A stretch of DNA of 64,000 nucleotides from Gammaproteobacteria bacterium (GTDB lineage Bacteria; Pseudomonadota; Gammaproteobacteria; CAJXQU01), in contig CBDEGZ010000003.1 in assembly GCA_965238175.1 (NCBI GenBank), forward strand, positions 864,001 to 928,000, given 5' to 3'. The notes beneath the pieces are model-generated. The model was given only the letters and a program-made list of their open reading frames with translations. It did not search any database and had not been told where the DNA came from. Of the stretch, positions 56,501 through 63,112 are shown one piece after another (within the stretch, counting starts at the first letter, position 1; every line of letters begins with the position of its first letter). Made by a program: the position numbers and the translations under genes.

Positions 56501-56999
56501 AGCGGGAGCCGGTGGGGGGGCTGGGGCTGGGGGGGATGCTGGTGGGTTTGCTCGGGGGAAGAGAGCTGGTCAGGGCGTGAAATCTGCTGGAGTGGAAGTT
56601 GATAATAATCTATTATTAAGGAAACTTGGTGAGGTAAATGGGAAAGGTGATGTTCTTATTGTTGATGCAGGTACAGAAATCTTTATTGAACCATATGGCA
56701 ATAGTTTAGGTGGAGAAGGTTTTTCATATAACATCAATTACCATTATTATGACGCAGTTGGTAATATAATCCCACAAATGGCTCCTCTCAATGCCTTTGG
56801 GAGAGGAATTCCTGCATTCACCGGACAGGCATTTGTTGGTCAAAATGGAGGTGGTCCTGATTTGCCATTTAGTGCTCCAAATGTGGGGGGGAATAACTAT
56901 AACGGGAGTGTAAGATGGTCAATCTCAATACCTAGACAAGCCTCGTCACATGATGCAAGCTTGGGAGTGAATTTGAGAGTTTACGAGGTAATAAGGTGA
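50598..56999 (+). CDS. RHS/YD-repeat polymorphic toxin with signal peptide, SpvB-like N-terminus, FG-GAP propeller, RHS core and variable C-terminus
   Basis: G.LSV..SGAAEY.VPI.VPPG..GM.P.LSL.YSS..GNG.LG.GWSL (SpvB/TcB-like), YD repeats, RGFTGHE..HMNGRVYDP..GRF..DP..NRYSYV.NNP...DPSG; ATG 50598 with AGGAA RBS. Confidence 0.93.
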   Translation: MTRQTQTGLGTHPRRVNAFVASLIFALMSLTTSVMQAAVPGLTPGELSVGQSGAAEYNVPIAVPPGTAGMAPILSLNYSSNSGNGPLGVGWSLSGLSAITRCPQTLAQDGQIRAVKFDTQDKFCLDGQRLVVSNGGAYGANGTQYRTEMDNFSLITSHGSGSGSPVSGPNYFTVKTKAGQTMFYGTTTDSNIDSLNGGHVRTWALNQLHDTVGNYINFTYEEDTDKQDYRIARIDYTGNVNGRGPYSSVRFAYMPRPRLAKGYIAGHPFAQRKLMTNIKTYAGETQVKDYRLHYEMTGVVGQPRIEEIKECDGGGQCFNPLTFDWSPELMGYSDSRSIFLVPLKESDGVQWVDHNGDGNTDFCYINKYGTPICHVSNGTMLNQTPISAGFTVNKGYDEGREWIDVNGDGKADFCRVVGNSSNPQIACNTSTGNGLNSAFSGSLSPEGWGQGQGRRWVDFNGDGRADYCRVTGSNRAACTLSTGTGFGQTIIGTGLVYGTGANGKNIRDWEDVNGDGLVDFCRTLTDNSKVCNLSTGTGFDPTPYQTAAHAVSGYSGSTAWVDINGDGNKDLCGLFKEGEIQSKTPLVPGLLENQQYKFTISEARFYAKCNLYTGTGFANTIEKEMLYVPEKSCFSYEGISCDILQREPETNVKLKWKDVNNDGLVDACRFGACALSNGSGFGPLVTGVNTHFENSKTTDEIFADVNGDAIADACYIRFRSQKDDNITCRIGNTRPQMRIIKVTNSLGSPTEIEYKPMTDSSVYSKSADVVPKTTGYPYLDVQAPMYVVSKVKNDNGLGLGITNDVDYTYAGAKVHLKGRGFAGFRWMFAYNRAQGTYAATEFHQDFPLAGMVAYTRSNLIADNSLISQTNNTYNVVARTDGSYFPYLQTSNQVTYELGGAMVKQTVTDYVYDDYGNPISIKVATAGLDQNTFRTETTNTYDASSTAISKWYLGRLTTTAVTQTANGKTATRKSAFEYDINGHGMLMKEIIEPNNPALRLETAYQYDAYGNKTRVTALGGSGSTAITARSTRTEYSGGGHNTGQFPIKITNAMGESETHTYDARFGVMTKLTGPNGLETTWQYDSFGRKIKETRADSTTTTFTRNWCAKYCKTSLTTQSTGSAPALEAFDRLGRIQYVNTYGLGNDLSGSNVYTDLNIINPRIISVATQYNIRGEIKRTSQPFYLQSPIHWTNFTYDALGRPLTETDANGTTGYEYKGLTSTLTNRLNQKTTRRVNARDELIQTTDNLGFNTYYQYDAQGNQTQVTDHLGNITTIDYDARGRKIAMNDPDMGDWEYSYNALGELISQTDAKGQITRMEYDILGRMITRTDAECNSFWVYGSHSNTGASDKAIGKLIYSQKGQQEKIFTRYDSLGRPNEIETRLQFEATNKTYLTQTNYDTLGRVQDITYPASNDYPTGLVVRNHYDANGHMHKVTGPNNITYWQATKQNARGQITEFRMGNGATETQRSYNAINGLVSNINTRNDNGTDNIQKLGFTFDVAGNLKTRRGYDQGNNTNLEENFHYDGINRLIVSQLGDGSHRKQYDYDALGNLTFKTGVGTYDYTNGRPHAVSNTSIGSKQYQYDDNGNMMSGDGRTITWSPYNKPIKIEKDGVQTATQFDYGANRNRIRQVNDQKIIYYVNGLFEQEYDGTTTTDVHYIKAGGSTIAIVKSKGTNDPLETRYLHKDHLGGIESITNEQGNLVQQFSYDPHGKRRAVNWTDDDNVSNPAIYQFDTQRGFTGHEHLDEVGLIHMNGRVYDPTLGRFISADPFVQFPDNGQSLNRYSYVLNNPLSYSDPSGFFFKKLFRNKIFRIVASIAVNFLPGFQALGPLLNAALKGFAASFIGSGGDLRSGFIGAVTMGAFQKLGGAGAIAGKIGGFTGDVVEVVAHGVVGGVSAIARGGRFIQGFLPAGLSSATSLSGFLRNLDDVTQGFAQAVIGGTASVLGGGKFANGAVTSAFVYAAGRVGQARAGAGGGAGAGGDAGGFARGKRAGQGVKSAGVEVDNNLLLRKLGEVNGKGDVLIVDAGTEIFIEPYGNSLGGEGFSYNINYHYYDAVGNIIPQMAPLNAFGRGIPAFTGQAFVGQNGGGPDLPFSAPNVGGNNYNGSVRWSISIPRQASSHDASLGVNLRVYEVIR

Positions 57000-57439
57000 A
57001 AAATCTAAATATTGGCACTTTATCATTTTGGGTTGTTATTTTATTAATCACAGGTTGTAGTAAACAGCAGGAAAATAAGGAGCCCAGAAATCTGACATAT
57101 GGAAAGTATTCGTTGCAAGAATGTGTTGTGCAAGTAAATCTAAATTGGGAGGATGATATTGGGAGTGCTGAGAAGTATGAAGCAATTAAGAATATAGGGC
57201 ATCAAATAGTTTTAGCAATGAATTCTAGAGAATTTCCATTATTTGGTTCAAATACAACTCGCTCTATGAATTACTATCTTTTCTACTACGCTGATAAGTG
57301 CGAAAAAAGAGAAAGGTATACTGAGAGTATAATTAATGATTTTATACTTAATAAAGTAACTAATTTTCCTCCGTATAAAATTCTAACTAAACCTATTAAG
57401 TTTGAAAATGGTGCAGAACCAAGAGGTTGGTGGAAATAA
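56996..57439 (+). CDS. Putative immunity lipoprotein for RHS tip 1
   Basis: GTGA overlap with the toxin stop, AT-rich, lipobox LITG-C. Confidence 0.75.
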   Translation: MKNLNIGTLSFWVVILLITGCSKQQENKEPRNLTYGKYSLQECVVQVNLNWEDDIGSAEKYEAIKNIGHQIVLAMNSREFPLFGSNTTRSMNYYLFYYADKCEKRERYTESIINDFILNKVTNFPPYKILTKPIKFENGAEPRGWWK

Positions 57440-57562
57440 AATCAAGGGGTCAGCCAGCTTGATTATCTCGATAAGCCTTACTTTTCCTATCTCCACCGTG
57501 CGAGGTTAATTTTGTCGGTCTCGATAATTTTGCAGCCATTTGTGTATGAAAACCCGCCTTAC
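57438..57562 (-). repeat. Inverted 125-bp copy of the Y1 transposase 3' end and right TIR
   Basis: Reverse complement of 61845-61969 with 3 mismatches. Confidence 0.93.
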
Positions 57563-57582
57563 TGAATTAAATAGGGTCAGAC

Positions 57583-57708
57583 TAAGGTAGCCCAGGTATT
57601 CCGGACACTTCAAAAGAGAGACAATACTTTTAGAGGTGAGCCATGTCAAAACGTCAAAGTTATACCCGAGAATTCAAGTTAGAGGCCGTGCGACTGCTTG
57701 AGCAGAAA
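57583..57708 (+). pseudogene. IS3-family (IS600-like) left end with truncated orfA
   Basis: TAAGGTAGCCCAGGTATTCCGGACAC resembles the IS600 IRL as I recall it; ATG 57643 MSKRQSYTREFKLEAVRLLEQ. Confidence 0.75.
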
Positions 57709-57718
57709 ATAAGTGGGG

Positions 57719-57802
57719 TCAGCAACTGTCTTGAGCCAGCTGCTCATTCCAGGGTTTATCATCTCTCACCATCGCGTTAATCATGACCAATAATTTGCGC
57801 AT
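57719..57802 (-). pseudogene. IS110-family transposase C-terminal remnant
   Basis: Minus-strand MRKLLVMINAMVRDDKPWNEQLAQDSC*, typical of IS110 C-termini. Confidence 0.72.
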
Positions 57803-57835
57803 GAGAAATCAAGGGGTCAGCCAGCTTGATTATCT

Positions 57836-60685
57836 CAATACAATATTCGCGGTGAAATCAAACGAACCTCACAACCCTTCTATCTTCAGAGCCCCATTCA
57901 CTGGACCAACTTCACCTACGACGCCCTCGGCCGGCCGCTAACCGAAACCGACGCCAACGGCACCACCGGTTATGAATATAAGGGACTAACATCAACCCTC
58001 ACCAACCGCCTCAACCAAAAAACCACCCGGCGAGTTAATGCGCGTGACGAATTGATCCAAACCACCGACAACCTAGGCTTCAACACCTATTACCAATATG
58101 ATGCACAGGGCAACCAAACCCAAGTCACTGACCACCTCGGCAACATCACCACCATTGACTACGACGCCCGTGGTCGCAAAATCGCCATGAACGACCCCGA
58201 CATGGGCGACTGGGAATACAGCTACAACGCCCTCGGAGAGCTGATAAGCCAAACCGACGCCAAAGGCCAAATCACCCGCATGGAATACGATATTCTAGGG
58301 CGCATGATCACACGCACAGACGCGGAATGTAACAGCTTCTGGGTCTATGGCTCACACAGCAACACCGGCGCAAGTGATAAGGCCATCGGCAAACTCATCT
58401 ACAGCCAAAAAGGCCAGCAAGAAAAAATCTTCACTCGCTACGACAGCCTAGGCCGTCCGAATGAAATTGAAACAAGACTACAGTTTGAAGCCACCAACAA
58501 AACCTACCTCACCCAAACAAATTACGACACGCTCGGACGAGTACAAGACATCACCTATCCGGCCAGCAACGACTACCCAACAGGCCTCGTAGTCAGAAAC
58601 CACTACGACGCCAACGGCCATATGCACAAAGTCACCGGCCCCAACAACATCACCTACTGGCAAGCCACCAAACAAAATGCGCGAGGCCAGATAACCGAGT
58701 TCCGTATGGGCAATGGCGCCACCGAAACCCAACGGTCTTATAATGCAATAAACGGCCTGGTAAGCAACATCAACACCCGTAACGATAATGGAACTGACAA
58801 CATTCAGAAACTTGGCTTTACCTTTGACGTCGCCGGCAACCTCAAAACCCGCCGAGGCTACGACCAAGGCAATAACACCAACCTCGAAGAAAACTTCCAT
58901 TATGACGGCATCAATCGCCTCATCGTGTCACAGCTTGGCGATGGGTCACATCGAAAGCAATACGACTACGACGCGCTCGGCAACCTCACCTTCAAAACCG
59001 GGGTTGGCACCTACGACTACACCAACGGCCGTCCACATGCGGTGAGCAACACCTCGATTGGGAGTAAACAATACCAATACGACGACAATGGCAACATGAT
59101 GAGCGGTGATGGTCGAACCATCACCTGGTCACCGTACAACAAACCGATCAAAATTGAGAAAGACGGTGTACAAACCGCCACCCAATTTGACTACGGCGCG
59201 AACCGCAACCGTATTCGGCAGGTAAATGATCAAAAAATCATTTATTACATCAACGGCCTGTATGAACAAGAGTTTGATGGCACCACCACCACCGACGTGC
59301 ACTACATCAAAGCCGGTGGCAGCACCATTGCGATTGTTAAATCCAAAAAATCTAAAGGCACCAACGACCCACTAGAAACCCGCTACCTGCACAAAGACCA
59401 CTTAGGCGGCATTGAGTCGATTACAAATGAACAAGGTAACCTAGTCCAACAGTTTAGCTATGACCCGCATGGCAAACGCCGGGCGGTTAACTGGACCGAT
59501 GATGACAATGTCAGCAACCCGGCTATTTATCAATTTGACACCCAACGTGGCTTTACCGGGCATGAACACCTGGACGAGGTGGGGCTAATTCACATGAACG
59601 GCCGAGTCTATGACCCGACGCTTGGACGGTTTATCAGTGCAGATCCGTTTATACAAGCACCGGAAAATGGCCAGTCGTTGAATCGCTATTCGTATGTGTT
59701 GAACAATCCACTCAGTTATTCTGACCCCAGTGGGTTCTTTTTTAAGAAATTGTTTAAGAATAAGATTTTTAGGATTGTGGCTCAGGTAGTGCTTGCCTAC
59801 TTCACTGCTGGTCAGTCATTACTGTTTGAACAAGCTGTTGCCTTAGGGTTTGTGAGTGGGTTTGTATTCAGTGGCGGTGATTTTAAGGCCGGGTTTATTG
59901 GAGGGTTAACGGCCGGGGCGTTTCATGGAGTGGGGACATATTTTAAGGGGTTGGCTGGAAAAATAAGCGCTGGAACGCTCAAGGCCTTGAAGGTTGTCGC
60001 CCACGGTGTCGTGGGAGGTGTGTCTCAGGTTGCAAGCGGCGGTAAGTTTGCGGCAGGGTTCTTGTCGGCGGGAGTTACTCAGGCCGCTTCGAATATCGAA
60101 GGTTTGTTTACTGAGGGGGAAGGTATTACACTCGGCAATACGGTGAAAGCGGCGGTCATTGGTGGGACAGCGTCGGTGATTGGTGGGGGTAAGTTTGCAA
60201 ATGGGGCCATTACGGGGGCGTTTTCTAGGTTGTTTAATGATGATGCGGCAGGTCATAGTGGGGAAATAAAGAAAAGTGTTTTCTCAACAGAAGCATCATG
60301 TACTGTTCCTAGCCAATGCGAGCGTGAAAAATTCTACGGTAGGGAGCGAGTAAATAGATACGAAACATTACCGATGTTGACGTCACCATCAAGACCTGGA
60401 AAACCTACTATTATTGATGGCATTGTCTTGGCGATAGATGGAGTCACTCAATCATTTAGTTCTCATTATATAGATACAGTAAAGGTGACTTATACAGAAC
60501 GTCTATATGATGTAACAGAAACACAGTGGGCAGACGGTGGTGAACTAATCGGTCAAAGGACTTATCAGTCATGGTTTCCTGGAGAACGTGTTGGAGATGG
60601 TTTTACACGAAACGTGATTAATAGTGAATGGCAAGGTCTTGTTCATTCCAGTGACAGAAGGAATAAATATAATGTTGATAATTAA
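57836..60685 (+). pseudogene. Orphan 5'-truncated RHS module with an alternative C-terminal toxin tip
   Basis: Frame open from the duplication start (in-frame TGA at 57827); lacks signal, SpvB and propeller parts; diverges from RHS1 after IFRIVA. Confidence 0.88.
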
Positions 60686-60689
60686 GCAT

Positions 60690-61148
60690 ATGAAAAAATT
60701 AAATATTTATATTACTATTTTTAGTTTTATAGTCATTGTAATCGCTGGTTGTGATGGCTCTTCAATAGAAGATAATGAAAGTTTCAAATTTATAGTATTA
60801 AAAGAATGTGAAGAACATGTCATAAGCTATCTATCATCTATATCTGAGGATATGGGGTTATCAGTTGAATATTTTCCTTTTGATTTCCAAGTTCCCTCAC
60901 ACTCAGAGGTTGTAGGGTATATTGAATTATCCAGTAAATATGAAGGAAAAGAAGAACTAGAAACATATGCAAATGCAGTATGGTTAGATTGTTATCCTAC
61001 GGCTACTGAGCGAATTTCTAGGGGTAATCCTGATTATCCCTCTGAGGTTTTTAGGTCTGTTGAATTAGGTGAAAAATTTGGTGATAAGTCTCGTTATTTT
61101 CAGGTGGGTAAAGATGAGGTTATTATTCATTTTAGACAGAATAAATGA
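60690..61148 (+). CDS. Putative immunity lipoprotein for RHS tip 2
   Basis: ATG 4 nt after the orphan stop, AT-rich, MKKLNIYITIFSFIVIVIAG-C lipobox. Confidence 0.75.
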   Translation: MKKLNIYITIFSFIVIVIAGCDGSSIEDNESFKFIVLKECEEHVISYLSSISEDMGLSVEYFPFDFQVPSHSEVVGYIELSSKYEGKEELETYANAVWLDCYPTATERISRGNPDYPSEVFRSVELGEKFGDKSRYFQVGKDEVIIHFRQNK

Positions 61149-61190
61149 TCGGAGATCGGTCAGGGTCAGGCTATCTTTTATCAATTAAAT

Positions 61191-61969
61191 AAAACCAAGG
61201 GGTCAGCCATCTTGATATTTCACTTTGAAGCAAGTAATCTACCCAAATGGCGCGCCTACCAAGAATAGTTATCCCAGACCAAGCACTGCATATCATGCAC
61301 AGAGGCAATAATCGTCAAGTCATCTTTGAAACAGAAGAAGATTTTATAAGGCTTAAGGATGATATTAACCACACCTTATTAAAAGCAGACTGTCAGCTTC
61401 ATGCCTATGTGATAATGAATAACCACCTACACTTACTACTTACACCCAAAGATAAAGAGCAGCTCAAAGTCTTTATGCAATCGTTGAGTAATCGCTATGT
61501 GCGTTACTTCAATGCTGTACGAAAACGAACCGGCACTCTTTGGGAAGGACGCTATAAATCTTGCTTAATCGACAGTGACAACTACCTGTTCACGCTCTAT
61601 AAATACATCGAAATGAACCCGGTGAAAGCCAATATTGTTGATAACTTAGAAGCCTATCGATGGTCGAGTTATCACCACAATGCGTTAGGAAAGAAAGACA
61701 AGCTCATCGCTACCCATCCACTCTATAAGAAATTAGGAAAGACATTTGATCAACAAACAGCTGCCTACAAGGCTTTGTTTGAAGGGTTAGACCTATCGCA
61801 AGATGTTGACATTACCCAAGCGACTCAAAAGGGTGAGGTTTTTGGTAAGGCGGGTTTTCATACACAAATGGCTGCAAAATTATCGAGACCGACAAAATTA
61901 ACCTCGCACGGTGGAGATAGGAAAAGTGAGGCTTATCGAGATAATCATGCTGGCTGACCCCTTGGTTTT
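61191..61969 (+). mobile_element. TIR-bounded HUH Y1 transposase element (RAYT/TIRYT-like), 779 bp
   Basis: 26-bp inverted repeats with 19 bp perfect (AAAACCAAGGGGTCAGCCA) at 61191-61216 and 61944-61969; no target duplication seen. Confidence 0.85.
61247..61957 (+). CDS. REP-associated-type tyrosine (HUH Y1) transposase
   Basis: MARLPR, HIMHRGNNRQVIF, MNNHLHLL (HUH), GTLWEGRYKS, YIEMNPVKA (catalytic Tyr), YRWSSY. Confidence 0.93.
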   Translation: MARLPRIVIPDQALHIMHRGNNRQVIFETEEDFIRLKDDINHTLLKADCQLHAYVIMNNHLHLLLTPKDKEQLKVFMQSLSNRYVRYFNAVRKRTGTLWEGRYKSCLIDSDNYLFTLYKYIEMNPVKANIVDNLEAYRWSSYHHNALGKKDKLIATHPLYKKLGKTFDQQTAAYKALFEGLDLSQDVDITQATQKGEVFGKAGFHTQMAAKLSRPTKLTSHGGDRKSEAYRDNHAG

Positions 61970-62285
61970 CGAGGAATTAATTAATAACTATGGCTGGTTT
62001 TCAGCTAATAGACATGACTTTAAAGGTGTTGAAAACATCTTGACCTTTGTAGCAATTTTACTACCGAAGTGGAGTCCAAAAGATATATCACTCATTGAAT
62101 CACAGGGAGATTACATTAACGATTTTGGTCATGATGTATATGTGTTTGATATTGATAACTTTGAAACACAAGCGCAAATAGAGGAAACCTTAATTGGTTT
62201 CCCTAAGGTAAGTCAGACTCCTATAGTTGGGGTGTACGAGGATGGAATTCTTAAAAGCTTTGTATGTGGAATGGAAGAAAAATAA
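61970..62285 (+). pseudogene. 5'-truncated gene fragment, possibly thioredoxin-like fold
   Basis: Open frame runs from the right TIR; ..ILLPKWSP..YVFDID..TPIVGVYEDG..; no own start or RBS evident. Confidence 0.45.
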
Positions 62286-62411
62286 AATGGCAAAAGAAAT
62301 AAGTGGGCGGCTTCAACTCCAAAGCGCGCCACTAGCCGTGATTAAAAAGACATGACTTTCCGTCTTGCTAGAATGAGATTGTCGAGATCTTATTCTATTG
62401 GAGAAAAAGCC

Positions 62412-62644
62412 ATGCCTTATCATCATTTTAGCGCAAAAGAACGTCACACCTTAATGTATTTATTGTACTGGGGATTAAGCTATCGAGACATTGGACGACG
62501 CCTCAATCGTCACCACAGTACCATTGCCCGAGAAGTCACACGCAATGGTCGCCTACGAAACTTATCTTACTGTAACGAATTTGCTGATAGACAAGCCTGT
62601 CTTCGTAAGACACAGGCTCGCCATTATCGAAAACGTGGGCCGAG
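62412..62644 (+). pseudogene. IS30-family transposase N-terminal remnant
   Basis: MPYHHFSAKER..SYRDIGRRLNRHHSTIAREVTRN HTH; truncated at the mini-element; IS left end probably near 62306. Confidence 0.85.
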
Positions 62645-62721
62645 CAGGGTCAGGCCTTACATTTCACATAAAATAGAAACATAGAAGCTGTAGAAAATGT
62701 CAATTGTAAGGCCTGACCCTG
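62645..62721. repeat. 77-bp non-autonomous mini-element with GGGTCAG-core inverted repeats
   Basis: Perfect 17-bp IR CAGGGTCAGGCCTTACA / TGTAAGGCCTGACCCTG, extendable to 25 bp with 2 mismatches. Confidence 0.85.
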
Positions 62722-63010
62722 ATGAATCCTAATAGATCATAACCTCCTAATTCACCAAATCCTGCTTGCGCCCCAGCAGCATAAAACCCAGCAAGAAAAT
62801 CTTCACCGGAAAGTTCAGCAGAAACACCCCCGATCGCCCCATGAGCGAGTACTTTTGTAAATCCTTCGGTGTTATGGACCCCATTAAATGCACTAGTAGT
62901 GGCGTATGATATCGCTGCAGATTTAGCAATATCACCAAGACTACCCCCATTCACTGCCGTATTAAAAGCCGAAGAAGCTGCCGCGCATTGAGCGGCATAT
63001 GGACCGCCCC
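62722..63010 (-). pseudogene. Inverted fragment of a third RHS C-terminal (Gly/Ala-rich pre-toxin) region
   Basis: AVNGGSLGDIAK..KVLAHGAIGGVSAELSGEDFLAGF parallels VVAHGVVGGVS..GG.F..GF in both RHS C-termini. Confidence 0.7.
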
Positions 63011-63112
63011 AAAATATATTTCCAAATTCATGTTGCTGAGGCGTGGTGATGTAGCTAGAATTCCCGTTCTTTTGTTAAACCCACATTTCGGGCTTGGAAA
63101 CCACATAGTTAC

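Larger units (their letters stand above)
54099..59781 (+). repeat. 1.94-kb direct repeat of the RHS core (54099-56035 / 57836-59781)
   Basis: Offset 3737 nt, then 3746 after a 9-nt insertion; no differences spotted in the first ~1.37 kb, patchy differences afterwards. Confidence 0.95.

Noticed and set aside
50538-56999. T6SS-delivered Rhs effector
   Set aside because: No PAAR domain, VgrG or EagR chaperone; the N-terminus is signal peptide plus SpvB-like.
57438-57840. CRISPR-like repeat-spacer array built from GGGGTCAG units
   Set aside because: Repeats share only a 7-8 nt core (two share ~31 nt), spacing is irregular (about 98-141 nt) and there are no cas genes; better explained as transposase end motifs.
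54099-59781. Diversity-generating retroelement template/variable repeat pair
   Set aside because: No reverse transcriptase in the window, the repeat is 1.9 kb, and differences are not adenine-specific.
45603-63031. 10-bp inverted match ATGAATTTGG (45603-45612 vs 63022-63031) as possible island ends
   Set aside because: Short and AT-rich, no target duplication or cognate enzyme; likely chance.
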